Source: an uncultured delta proteobacterium (GTDB lineage: Bacteria > Desulfobacterota > Desulfomonilia > UBA1062). From it: 64,000 nt of DNA. Shown one piece after another: positions 39,112-49,103 of the stretch. Position numbers and translations under genes: made by a program. The first letter of the stretch is position 1. Each line of letters opens with the position of its first letter. Location: assembly GCA_963798485.1 (NCBI GenBank), contig CAWCTR010000007.1, positions 320,001 through 384,000 on the forward strand. Direction: 5' to 3'. Below the pieces are notes generated by a model. It saw nothing but the letters and a program-made list of their open reading frames with translations, was not told where the DNA came from and ran no database searches.

Positions 39112-40275
39112 ATGAATGAAAGACAAGATAAAGAAATTTATAATGATGAGATAGATCTAAGAGAGTTTTTTTTAACTCTCTGGCGCTCCAAGTGGCCCAT
39201 CATGGGGATAACTTTTTCATTCATACTTATAGCTGCGCTCTATTCTTTTTATGCCCCTAAAGTTTATAGAGTATTTATGGTTGTCGAACCGGGAATCATC
39301 GATGTAACTGCTGATGGAAAGTACATTTATCTGGATACTCCTGATAATATCAAAGGTAAGATAGAAAGTGATGCCTACCTTCCCCGAATCTTGAAGTCAT
39401 TGCACATGCACCCTGATGGAATGGATTTAGATTTCAAGGTAACTGTACCAAGAAACGCCAACGTCCTCATCGTTTCTACTGAGTTTCCTAAAAATAAGAC
39501 AAATTTTGGGATGCAGATTCTCAGACAACTCCTTGTGGAGATGCAAAGTGATTATGCCCAGGAATTGCGGAAAAAAAAGGATGAGTATCAGAAACAGATC
39601 CTGATGAAACAAAATCAATTCAACGATATTGAAACACTGCGAAAAGATCTGGATCAACAGATCGGTATCAAGCAAGGTCTTGTGAAAGAGAAGAGGGGGC
39701 AGATCAAGTTATTAAGTTCTATGATTTCAATCGGTAAGCAAAGGGAAGCCGATCTCCTCAGTGATCTGAAAGATGTTAAGGGCAACACACAGAGAATGGC
39801 CGTGCAGCGCGATCAGATGTTAAGGCAGGGAGTTGCTAATAAAGAGAGTGGGATGACAGACCTACTATATTCAACAACCATTCAACAGAATGTGGTCTTT
39901 TTCAATGAATTGAAAAATCAGGTCAATCAAACCAGGATAGAAAGAGAAACCCATGAATCAGATATCAAAAAGTTGGAGGATGAGTTAAATGAAAATGAGC
40001 GGGAGATTGAGCGCCTGAGGTTGAAACAAAAGGAAGAACTCAAGTCAAAGGGCGATGCCCTTGGTATTGAGATTGCTGATTTCCAGAACAAGATCACCCA
40101 GATTCAAAATATTAAAACCATCAGTGAACCTACCGTATCCCATCGTCCTATTAAACCAAGACCTGTTCGTAATGTGGGCATTGCCCTCATCAGCGGTTTG
40201 TTTATCGGGCTAATTGTTGCATTTGTGTTGGAATATATTTCTTCTGGCAGCAGACAAGTGGACCAACGCACCTGA
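39112..40275 (+). CDS. wzz: Wzz-type polysaccharide chain-length determinant with long coiled coil
   Basis: DEIDLRE..LW, TM1, long coiled coil, Pro-rich PIKPRP plus Gly-rich TM2. Confidence 0.85.
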   Translation: MNERQDKEIYNDEIDLREFFLTLWRSKWPIMGITFSFILIAALYSFYAPKVYRVFMVVEPGIIDVTADGKYIYLDTPDNIKGKIESDAYLPRILKSLHMHPDGMDLDFKVTVPRNANVLIVSTEFPKNKTNFGMQILRQLLVEMQSDYAQELRKKKDEYQKQILMKQNQFNDIETLRKDLDQQIGIKQGLVKEKRGQIKLLSSMISIGKQREADLLSDLKDVKGNTQRMAVQRDQMLRQGVANKESGMTDLLYSTTIQQNVVFFNELKNQVNQTRIERETHESDIKKLEDELNENEREIERLRLKQKEELKSKGDALGIEIADFQNKITQIQNIKTISEPTVSHRPIKPRPVRNVGIALISGLFIGLIVAFVLEYISSGSRQVDQRT

Positions 40276-40290
40276 TGGAGGGGTTTTTTA

Positions 40291-40494
40291 TTGATCCAAG
40301 CTTCCTCTACTCCTTGGTCAATTAGGCGTAAGATCGGCTCTGTAAGTGTTATTGCGTTCTAGATCAAGAGATCATACCTGGGGGGGGGGGCAGGAAGACG
40401 GTTCCTGTTCCAGCTACCTAAGGATAGGTATGTCTGGAGCATGGGAACTGCCATAAGGCAGAGGAGTAATGGGGAAGATCAAGCGTCAGATTAG
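40291..40494 (+). pseudogene. Probable glycosyltransferase (GT4-like) N-terminal remnant containing a G11 tract
   Basis: RBS plus TTG, in-frame ...SVIAF*IKRSYLGGGAGRR..., premature TAG; G11 at 40380-40390. Confidence 0.35.
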
Positions 40495-40579
40495 GTGTGC
40501 CTATCCATTGGTTTTGAATGAAAAATAAACAGAAAAGAATTGATTCAACCCTAAATGTTGAATATGTAAAGGTCTCTTT

Positions 40580-41707
40580 ATGCGGATTCTTCTTGTATCC
40601 ATAGCGTATCTTACACACGTAAACCAAAGAAAGTTGGAGATGTTGGCTGCAATGCCGGATGTTGAATTACAGGTAATTGTCCCAACGGTGTGGCATGAAA
40701 CGCTCCATCCCATACTGACAGCTCAGATTCCACCTAACCCCCGTTATTCATTTTTGCCAACACCTACATTCTTCACCGGACGAGCAGGGCGGTATTTCTA
40801 TCTAACGTTGGATCTTACGATGCGACAATTTCGCCCGGATATTATAGAGATAGAAGATGGATGGAGAAGTCTCCCAACCTTTCAAGCTGCTTTGTACAAG
40901 CGTATATGGGCACCTCATGCTCGGTTCGTCATATTTTCATGGGAGAACCTTGTTCGTCCTTTACCTATGCATAGATTTGTATTTCAAAGGTTCAATCTCA
41001 AACATACCGATTGTGTGATTTGTGGAAATCGAGATGGTGTGACAAGTGTCAAATCTACTGGTTATAAAGGGCCTGTAGTAGTAGTCCCACAACTCGGAGT
41101 CGATACAGAGGTGTTTCATAAGCTTGATAGTAATGAAATACGTCGTCAGTTGAACATTTTTCCCGAGACATTTGTGATCGGTTTTGCAGCACGTCTTGTT
41201 CCGGAAAAAGGCCTCTTATATCTCTTAGAAGCTGCAGCTCAATTACAGGGTGATTGGACGCTTCTTCTTATCGGCGATGGGCCCGATCGTGATAGGGCAT
41301 TAAAGCGCGCCCAAGAGCTTGGCATTGTACCTCGTATACGAATGATCGGGTCAGTACCACACTTTGATCTCGCCAAGTATTACAATGCAATGGATGTCTT
41401 AGTTTCTCCGTCGGTTTCCACCCCTGTATGGAAAGAACAGTATGGTTTGGTAGTGCTTCAAGTGATGAATTCTCAAGTACCAGTGGTGGGCTCAACATGT
41501 GGAGAAACCCCCCACGTGATAGGGGATGCTGGATTAATCTTTAAAGAAGGCGATGTGACAAAACTTGTTGAACATCTGCGTCTCTTGCAGTCCAATCCGG
41601 TTTTGCGAGTAGATCTGGGCAAGCGGGGATATGAGCGGGTTCAAAAACATTTCACATTCCATAGCATTGCACAACAAACATATAAGGTCTGGGAAGGGTT
41701 AATGTAA
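40580..41707 (+). CDS. Glycosyltransferase family 4
   Basis: GVD..F, ARLVPEKG, WKEQYGLV, IGDAGL.F. Confidence 0.9.
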   Translation: MRILLVSIAYLTHVNQRKLEMLAAMPDVELQVIVPTVWHETLHPILTAQIPPNPRYSFLPTPTFFTGRAGRYFYLTLDLTMRQFRPDIIEIEDGWRSLPTFQAALYKRIWAPHARFVIFSWENLVRPLPMHRFVFQRFNLKHTDCVICGNRDGVTSVKSTGYKGPVVVVPQLGVDTEVFHKLDSNEIRRQLNIFPETFVIGFAARLVPEKGLLYLLEAAAQLQGDWTLLLIGDGPDRDRALKRAQELGIVPRIRMIGSVPHFDLAKYYNAMDVLVSPSVSTPVWKEQYGLVVLQVMNSQVPVVGSTCGETPHVIGDAGLIFKEGDVTKLVEHLRLLQSNPVLRVDLGKRGYERVQKHFTFHSIAQQTYKVWEGLM

Positions 41708-42633
41708 TGATAGGGGAAAAGATTCTGATTCTTGGTGGAACGGGCCTTTTGGGGAAAGCCATTATGGAGTCTTGTCCTAAAGGTATCAAGCTTTTTACAA
41801 CACATTTGCGAGATCTGCCCACAGGGCTTCAATGCAATGGTTTAAGACAGTTGGATGTTTCTAATAGGGAAGAAACACAAAAGTTATTACAAGAGATCCA
41901 ACCCTATGCCGTGGTACATATGGCGGGGCTAGGTAGTGTTGATTTTGCAGAGAAAAACCAGCATGAGGCTTGGGTTATCAATGTTCAGGGCACTCAAAAT
42001 GTAATTGATGCTTGCCGCAGTTTAAGCACAAAATTGATTTATATATCTTCTAATGCGGTTTTTGATGGCAATCACCCTCCTTATCACGAAAACTCAGTGA
42101 GGCAACCAGTGAATTACTATGGTCAACTGAAAGTTGAATCCGAAGATAAAGTGCAGTCGAGTGGTTTGGAACATGCTATAGTCCGTCCCATTCTCATGTA
42201 TGGTTGGCATTATTTGCATGCTAGAGAAAATCCTGTCACTATGTGGCTTCGCTTGCTCGGTGAGGGGAAACCACTGAAAGTAGTTAATGATAGGTATTGG
42301 CAGCCGCTTTATGTGGAAGATTGTGCAGATCTGATTTGGACAATCTTAGAGAAGGGAAAAACAGGATTATTCAACATTTCTGGCCCGGATAGGATAAGCT
42401 TATATGAGTTTGCTCTTAAGGCCTCGAAAGCATTTGGACTTGATTCAACTTTAATCGAACCTGTTTCAAGCAGTTTTTTCCCAACCATTGCCCCACGACC
42501 GTTTGACACATCCTTCATATTAGACAAGATCCAGACAGAATTAGGGATGAAGCCTGTAAGTGTAGATGTTGGTTTAAAAAGGATGAAATTAGCCAGGACA
42601 TGGAAAGGAGTGGTTTCCGATGAAGCCCATTGA
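41707..42633 (+). CDS. rmlD: dTDP-4-dehydrorhamnose reductase-like SDR
   Basis: GGTGLLG, ISSNAVFDG, PVNYYGQLK. Confidence 0.82.
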   Translation: MIGEKILILGGTGLLGKAIMESCPKGIKLFTTHLRDLPTGLQCNGLRQLDVSNREETQKLLQEIQPYAVVHMAGLGSVDFAEKNQHEAWVINVQGTQNVIDACRSLSTKLIYISSNAVFDGNHPPYHENSVRQPVNYYGQLKVESEDKVQSSGLEHAIVRPILMYGWHYLHARENPVTMWLRLLGEGKPLKVVNDRYWQPLYVEDCADLIWTILEKGKTGLFNISGPDRISLYEFALKASKAFGLDSTLIEPVSSSFFPTIAPRPFDTSFILDKIQTELGMKPVSVDVGLKRMKLARTWKGVVSDEAH

Positions 42634-43081
42634 TGGTGTCAGAACTAAGCAGCTAAGGGTTATTCCTGATGAGCGTGGTTTCTTAATGGAAATGTTAAGA
42701 TGTGATGATGATCTGTTTCAAAAATTTGGACAAGTATACCTCACTGTTGTTTATCCAGGTGTTGTAAAAGGTTGGCATTATCATAAGAAGCAAGATGATA
42801 TCTTTGTTGCGATTAAGGGTATGCTTAAATTAGTATTATACGACAAACGTGATGACTCATCGACTTCAGGAATGGTCAACGAGTTTTTTGTCGGAGAGAA
42901 AAATCCTATGCTAGTGACCATACCGGCCGGTGTTGTCCATGGTTTCAAGGGCACTGGTGTTGAACCGGCGTATGTAGTGAATGTTCCAACAGAAGCTTAT
43001 AATTACAATGATCCAGATGAATTCCGGATTCCACCATATGATCCCTCTATTCCATATGATTGGGATCTCAAAGAAGGCTGA
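42620..43081 (+). CDS. rmlC: dTDP-4-dehydrorhamnose 3,5-epimerase family (cupin)
   Basis: DERG.LME, VKGWHYH, IPAGVVHGF. Confidence 0.85.
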   Translation: MKPIDGVRTKQLRVIPDERGFLMEMLRCDDDLFQKFGQVYLTVVYPGVVKGWHYHKKQDDIFVAIKGMLKLVLYDKRDDSSTSGMVNEFFVGEKNPMLVTIPAGVVHGFKGTGVEPAYVVNVPTEAYNYNDPDEFRIPPYDPSIPYDWDLKEG

Positions 43082-43251
43082 AGAGAAACCAGCTTAAAGG
43101 TAAGAATTGGATTACTGGACCTTGCACGAATAGTTACTGGCTGGGCAGTTGTAAACTCGCCAAGCGGTTATCATATAATCCAATTCCTGAGCCACCTGTA
43201 TCCCAGCCTATCTTGGTGCACAAAAGTCCTATAATATAAAGGTAATAATGC

Positions 43252-44556
43252 ATGAGGACACCATTTATTCGTTCTCTATTACATCGTATTAGCGATGGTA
43301 TCCCGAACACGCTCCTTATGAACGGTGTGATTGCATGCGCCGGTCTTTGCTCAGGAGTAGTCTTAGCACGGTCACTAGGCCCTGGAGGAAGAGGTGAATT
43401 TGCAACAATACTGCTTTGGACAATGGCCTTACTGACCTTTGGTGATCTTGGGCTCGGATTCGCATTTTCTTATTACATTGGCAAAGAGAGAGCATCGCTG
43501 GATGGAGTATGGACCATGTCATGGCTGGCAAGCCTTGTTTGGGGTTTTTTCATAGCCACGGTTGGAGCCTTAGTGATACCTTGGGCTTTACATTTGACTC
43601 CTAATCACCGCGTATTGATGTGTTTAGGGATTTCGAGTGTCCCCTTCGGCCTTATGACTGGATACCAGTCATATCTCCTGTTAGGTGGCGGCTTCATAAA
43701 ACAGAGCAACATCGTGCGGACACTCGGTACCCTGAGTTATGCTGCTGGAGTATGCAGCTTTGCTGTTCTCGGGTTAAGTAGTATTAAAAATTATATACTT
43801 GCCTATGTTGCATCCCAGATTATTGTATCCATAGTAGGTGTGGGATTGGTAAAAAAATATCTCAGACCGCAATGGCATTTCCAGTTAAGTCTGATAAAAC
43901 CTGTTATGTTATATGGATTGAAGTCCTATATCAGTACTCTCATGGCCCCTGCTAATTTGCACCTTGATCAGATAATAATGACAGTATGGGTATCAAAGGA
44001 ACAGTTGGGGATATATGTAGTTGCGGTAAGCATCTCTGCAATGGTGAATCCACTCTATGGGGCATTGGCTGTTGTTGTCCTTCCCCGTGTTACCCTTGCA
44101 AAGGATCTTGTCTCAGCAGGAAGACAGGCTTTGCGCCATATGAGAATTGCTCTTATTGCGGGTATCCCTTTGAGCGTGCTTGTAATTATTGCAATGCCAA
44201 CCATCCTACCTCTACTTTTTAGTCATCGATTTGTCCAATCTGTTCCTGCTGCACAGATCCTCATGATTGCGGCAGTAAGCCAAGGTGCAGTCATTATACT
44301 AGGGAACAGCCTGCGAGGTCTTGGACATCCTGGTAAAACTGCGCTTTCAGAAGGATCTGGCTTGATCTTGACGGTTGCTCTTCTAGCGGCTCTTTTGCCT
44401 GCATATGGCTCCTTGGGTGCAGCTGTTTCCTGTTTGTGTTCTTCTTCCCTGGTCATGATACTACAGGTGGTTTTTATTATGTGTATATCAAACCTGTCCT
44501 GGAAAGAATTGTTCTGCCAGGAATGCAGCAGTTGTTCTTTTAACGAGACCTCCTGA
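43252..44556 (+). CDS. wzx: Wzx-type oligosaccharide flippase
   Basis: LARSLGP.GRG, many TM segments, LDQ....LGIY.VA. Confidence 0.85.
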   Translation: MRTPFIRSLLHRISDGIPNTLLMNGVIACAGLCSGVVLARSLGPGGRGEFATILLWTMALLTFGDLGLGFAFSYYIGKERASLDGVWTMSWLASLVWGFFIATVGALVIPWALHLTPNHRVLMCLGISSVPFGLMTGYQSYLLLGGGFIKQSNIVRTLGTLSYAAGVCSFAVLGLSSIKNYILAYVASQIIVSIVGVGLVKKYLRPQWHFQLSLIKPVMLYGLKSYISTLMAPANLHLDQIIMTVWVSKEQLGIYVVAVSISAMVNPLYGALAVVVLPRVTLAKDLVSAGRQALRHMRIALIAGIPLSVLVIIAMPTILPLLFSHRFVQSVPAAQILMIAAVSQGAVIILGNSLRGLGHPGKTALSEGSGLILTVALLAALLPAYGSLGAAVSCLCSSSLVMILQVVFIMCISNLSWKELFCQECSSCSFNETS

Positions 44557-44592
44557 AAATGTTAGTACGGGAGATATTATTATCAATTATAT

Positions 44593-46029
44593 ATGCTTAG
44601 AATTAAAGGTTATCGTCTAAGATTTAAGAAAACCGATTATCTATTTATTGGATTGCTGTGTTATCTTTCGTATCCTCTCCTGTGTGAACTTTTCTTTGTC
44701 AATACCACCACAGATATGTTTTTCTGTAGCATCATCCATGCATTTGCTGCATCGATCGTCATGTATCTTGTTGTATCAAGGTCGTTGATTAAGAATAGTT
44801 GCGGGGCCAATATGGCTGTCATATTTATCCTTATCAACCTGCTCTATTTCGGTGCCAGCTGTGTTAAATATTTCGAGCCTGAGTTATACCCGGGATTCAT
44901 CAACGGTAATTATCTTCGTTTGATTTATTCCTTATTGGGTCTGTTCGTGCTCTGGGTGTCATTTGAAATCGTTTCAAGGGTGGGGCCAAGGTATGTAATC
45001 ACAGAGTTTATGATTAGTCATGAATATCTCCTCCGATTATTGATCATACTCTTGTTGGGTATTATTTGTTTCAGTGTATTCGACCTTTATCAGAAAGGAT
45101 TCGGCTACAATTACTTCAGTGACATAAATCCTGTTGAGGCTGCAATTGAACGTACCAATCTGCCCACAATTCAGAAGATCTACTTATGGCTGATCAGTTC
45201 GATCGAAGCCTTTCTTGTATTATTGCTTTCAATTGAATTTATGAGAAAAAGGAAGTGGACATTATTGATTGTCCCCTTTGTTTTGGTAGCTATGGAATCA
45301 ATGTTTTCAGGATCGCGGGTAATTCTCTTCTACTTCTTCTTGGGCATGATTTATTCATTGGTCCGTCTCTACAACATTGGCAGGGCGATTTTTGTAAAGA
45401 TATTCTTGGCAGCCCCTTTGGTGATTTGCATTGGGTCGATCATCATTCTATCCTTCTCAGGAAGGATTGATAATAGTTTTGAAGAACTGAGATATCATCT
45501 CACCTATCGCTTTGACCTCACGGATTATGCCGCAACAATAATCCAGGGAAACAGTCCTGTTATGTTCAATCCACAAATCATAAAAGACGCTATATACTAC
45601 TCGGTGCCCAAGATACTCTATGAGGATAAATATTATAGAGATACTAAGTATGTGCAGAGATTATTGTCTAATGCCGGTCTTGATCCCAACACCGATTACA
45701 CTGACACCTTTTTCAGCATTGGCGCACAGATCGGAGGACTCATCGGATTTGTTGCCATACCAATGATTATGGTACTATTCCTTCATACTCTTGAATGGCT
45801 ACTCTATGCCCTTTTCAGGAATTCAGCCAATATCATTGTAGTAGCGATGTACCCATTATATCTCATGGTGGAAACGGATCTGAACGGACTCATTGCGGCT
45901 TGGCGTATGATGCCAATCTATGCCTTGATAGGGTTGGCTGCATATAATTTGTTTATTAAACAGAAGCAGAAAAATACGGTTATCACGGACAAAGCCAAGG
46001 TCTTTAGTAATGAAGTAATGATGGAATAG
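44593..46029 (+). CDS. wzy: Polytopic membrane protein, probable O-antigen polymerase Wzy
   Basis: About 10-12 TM segments, SGSR motif, periplasmic loop; locus context. Confidence 0.6.
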   Translation: MLRIKGYRLRFKKTDYLFIGLLCYLSYPLLCELFFVNTTTDMFFCSIIHAFAASIVMYLVVSRSLIKNSCGANMAVIFILINLLYFGASCVKYFEPELYPGFINGNYLRLIYSLLGLFVLWVSFEIVSRVGPRYVITEFMISHEYLLRLLIILLLGIICFSVFDLYQKGFGYNYFSDINPVEAAIERTNLPTIQKIYLWLISSIEAFLVLLLSIEFMRKRKWTLLIVPFVLVAMESMFSGSRVILFYFFLGMIYSLVRLYNIGRAIFVKIFLAAPLVICIGSIIILSFSGRIDNSFEELRYHLTYRFDLTDYAATIIQGNSPVMFNPQIIKDAIYYSVPKILYEDKYYRDTKYVQRLLSNAGLDPNTDYTDTFFSIGAQIGGLIGFVAIPMIMVLFLHTLEWLLYALFRNSANIIVVAMYPLYLMVETDLNGLIAAWRMMPIYALIGLAAYNLFIKQKQKNTVITDKAKVFSNEVMME

Positions 46030-46038
46030 AAGTGCGTC

Positions 46039-46167
46039 GTGATATTCTGCCTGATATGTGACCATAACTTTTCTTTAAGATTGTATCAAAGGCCAGAGTT
46101 AAGCATTGTTGAATGTTCCTCTTGTGGATTTATCGGTGCCGACTTGGATGAATGGGAATATCCCTAA
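46039..46167 (+). pseudogene. N-terminal Zn-finger remnant of a class I SAM methyltransferase
   Basis: VIFCLICDH...IVECSSCGF..., stops after 42 codons. Confidence 0.5.
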
Positions 46168-46259
46168 AGGTATATGGTGGCGTGACCTTGTGCGTTACAT
46201 GGATAGTATATTCGGTCTAAACGATGTCGGTATGATTTGTTGGCTTAAGATGAACTCAA

Positions 46260-47372
46260 ATGGTTAGTTATAATAGGGTATTAGTATATCAGATTGGTAC
46301 ATTGGGCGATACGGTAATCACTGTCCCGGCGCTCAAGGCTGTACGCCGATATTTTGGTTCTCGGGCACATATCGTACTCATGCACGATAAACCTCAAGAA
46401 GGGATCAATAGTGCTCCGGTAGATGTGTTGGAGGGGCTTGGCTTAGTTGATGACTACATGTCATACGAGATACCCAAAAGACATTTTCTTAGCCTCTTCT
46501 CAACGATTGTTCTCGCAATTAAGATACGATCAGGGCAATTCCAAAAGGTAATCTATCTTGCTCCAAGCGAGCGTTCCAAGGCTAGGGTAAAGCGAGATGC
46601 CCTATTTTTTCACCTTTGCGGCATTCATAAGCTGATCGGCTTCCATACCTTCCCTGATGACTCGCTCTATCCGGTTGATGAGCAGGGCTTGCCGGCCTGT
46701 GTCCAGCATGAGGCGATGTTCCGTCTGGAGCGGATACGTCTTGATGGTATCGATGGTTCTCTTGAGAGTAATTTGAGTAAACCATTTCTCACATTACCTA
46801 TGAGTGCTATTGGAGAGGCTAAAGAATGGTTGAATCATAATCAAATTGACCCGGGGGAACCCCTCGTGGCTCTCTGCCCAGGATGCAAGCAACCTGCAAA
46901 CGCCTGGCCGACTGATCGTTTTATTGAAATAGGACAACGCCTCATCCAACAAGGAAAGTCCGAGGTCTTGATTGTGGGTGGGCCTGCAGAATATGAAGTT
47001 GGAGAACAGATGGTAAAGACCTGGGGCACAGGAATGAATGCAGCAGGGAAGTTTTCTGTGCTCATCTCTTCCGCCCTTCTTTCTCAATGCAAGTTTATTG
47101 TTGGTCTTGATACAGGGACTACTCATCTCGCTGCGGCACAGGGTGTACCCTGTGTGGCATTATATGGCTGCCGGGAAGAGCCGGGCCGCTTTTATCCACT
47201 TGGTGGAAGGCATATTGTATTGCGCAATCCCGTGCCTTGCGCTGGCTGCAGATTAATAGGAAGACCTTGTCAAGAAATTGGCCATCCTTGTATGACAGGC
47301 ATTACTGTTGACAAGGTTTGGGAGGCTATCCAAAGGATGCAGGCCGATTTGAGCAATACTGTCAATTTATGA
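46260..47372 (+). CDS. Glycosyltransferase family 9 (heptosyltransferase-like)
   Basis: GTLGD, CPG....NAWP, DTGTTHLAAA, C..C...C...HPCM. Confidence 0.9.
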   Translation: MVSYNRVLVYQIGTLGDTVITVPALKAVRRYFGSRAHIVLMHDKPQEGINSAPVDVLEGLGLVDDYMSYEIPKRHFLSLFSTIVLAIKIRSGQFQKVIYLAPSERSKARVKRDALFFHLCGIHKLIGFHTFPDDSLYPVDEQGLPACVQHEAMFRLERIRLDGIDGSLESNLSKPFLTLPMSAIGEAKEWLNHNQIDPGEPLVALCPGCKQPANAWPTDRFIEIGQRLIQQGKSEVLIVGGPAEYEVGEQMVKTWGTGMNAAGKFSVLISSALLSQCKFIVGLDTGTTHLAAAQGVPCVALYGCREEPGRFYPLGGRHIVLRNPVPCAGCRLIGRPCQEIGHPCMTGITVDKVWEAIQRMQADLSNTVNL

Positions 47373-48325
47373 GAAGGCCATTTTTCGAAAGTGTATTTTT
47401 TGAGCCATGGGGAATGGGGGATGCTTTAATAGCTGCATCAATACTCAGAGAACAGCCAGAAAGAAGGGCAATAGCCTGTTCTACCCGATGGCATCCAATC
47501 CTCTTATCTTTATTTGGAGATCCAATTATACCTTATTTAATCCCGGTCGATCTTCAATACACTCAAAAGTCTAAGAAGCACCCATTTGATGGATTGTTGG
47601 TTAAAAAAAAGTTGTCTGTAAAAGCTGAAAAGGTACTAAGTATAAGGGGCGACTTACGAGATTATTTTGTTGCAAGACAATTGTTTCCACATTCTCAAGT
47701 TAGTATGTCCGGCTGGTTGCCGTTCTTTGCTGGTCATTCGTCATTACTTAATTTGCCCTACAAATCAAAATACTTACCAATAAAGAATAGATACCAGTCG
47801 TGGTGTAAAATGGCAGGTATTCCTTATTCTCAGGTTATAACCTCATATAAAAAAAACATGACCAACCCTCTAAATAAGAACTGTGTAGCAATCCACATAG
47901 GAGCATACTGGAAATCAAGACAATACCCATTTGTCATAGAGCTTAAAACGAAGTTGATTAAACTCGGTTATGAGGTTAGTATCCTATCAGGTCCATTTGA
48001 TGCTCTTCCACGTGGGCTCAACGAAAAGGACGTATCGCGTATATCAGATATGGAGATTGTGAAAGAATTTAGAAAAGCAGAATTTGCTGTTACAAATGAC
48101 TCAGGGCCGATGCATTTGGCTGCAATAATTGGGTGTAAAACAATTGCTATTGCAAGAATATCTGATATAAACCAATGGTTACCACCAGAAGGCAGAGCCG
48201 TTGTAAGCCCAAAGATGCCCTATGGATTCTGTCCTGATCCCGACTATGCATCGGATGTAGTTCTTGATGATTGGCCCATACCAGATAATGTAATTGAAGT
48301 GTTGATTGAGTGGAAAGTGAACTAA
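47369..48325 (+). CDS. Second GT9-like glycosyltransferase
   Basis: WGMGDA, IHIGA, NDSGPMHLAA; ATGA overlap with the upstream gene. Confidence 0.8.
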   Translation: MRRPFFESVFFEPWGMGDALIAASILREQPERRAIACSTRWHPILLSLFGDPIIPYLIPVDLQYTQKSKKHPFDGLLVKKKLSVKAEKVLSIRGDLRDYFVARQLFPHSQVSMSGWLPFFAGHSSLLNLPYKSKYLPIKNRYQSWCKMAGIPYSQVITSYKKNMTNPLNKNCVAIHIGAYWKSRQYPFVIELKTKLIKLGYEVSILSGPFDALPRGLNEKDVSRISDMEIVKEFRKAEFAVTNDSGPMHLAAIIGCKTIAIARISDINQWLPPEGRAVVSPKMPYGFCPDPDYASDVVLDDWPIPDNVIEVLIEWKVN

Positions 48326-48340
48326 TACCCAAACAATTTC

Positions 48341-49099
48341 TTGAAAGTCTCTATTATCACAGTAGTTTTAAATAATGTTGAATATATTGATGCCTGTATT
48401 CAGAGTGTTATCAACCAGGACTACGAGAACATTGAATACATTGTAATTGATGGGGGATCAACGGACGGCACGGTCGATCTCATTAAGAAATATGAAGATA
48501 AAATTAACGTATGGATCAGCGAACCAGATGAGGGAATGTATGATGCTATAAACAAAGGTATCGGTATGTCAAGCGGTGACATTATTGGAATCTTACATTC
48601 TGATGATCTATATATTGATGAACATGTTATAGGTAACGTTGTTCAAGCGTTTCGCAATAATATTGATTCGGTTTATGCTGACTTGGTATATGTAGAAAGA
48701 AACAACCTGAAAAATGTTGTCAGGTACTATGATTCTTCTGTCTTCCAGATTTCAAAATTTGCCTATGGCTGGATGCCGGCTCATCCGGCATGTTTTATAA
48801 AAAAAAATGTTTATGAAAAATATGGTTTGTATAAGACTGACTATATCATTGCCGCTGATTACGAATTGCTTGTACGATTCTATGCAAAGCACAGGGTAAG
48901 CTATAGTTATTTGCCAAAAGTTATTGTTAAAATGCGGAGTGGTGGTTTAAGTACCAGGAATTTCAAAAGCAATGTTATTCTAAATAGTGAGATTGTGCGT
49001 GCCTGCAGAGAGAATGGCATAGAAACAAATATATTCAAAGTTTACTTGAAATATTTTGTAAAATTATCTCAATTGCGCAAAAGACCTCACCAAATTTAA
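48341..49099 (+). CDS. Glycosyltransferase family 2 (WcaE-like)
   Basis: SIITV, DGGSTDGT, EPDEGMYDAINKG, HSDD, HPA, ADYE. Confidence 0.92.
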   Translation: MKVSIITVVLNNVEYIDACIQSVINQDYENIEYIVIDGGSTDGTVDLIKKYEDKINVWISEPDEGMYDAINKGIGMSSGDIIGILHSDDLYIDEHVIGNVVQAFRNNIDSVYADLVYVERNNLKNVVRYYDSSVFQISKFAYGWMPAHPACFIKKNVYEKYGLYKTDYIIAADYELLVRFYAKHRVSYSYLPKVIVKMRSGGLSTRNFKSNVILNSEIVRACRENGIETNIFKVYLKYFVKLSQLRKRPHQI

Positions 49100-49103
49100 C
49101 CCC

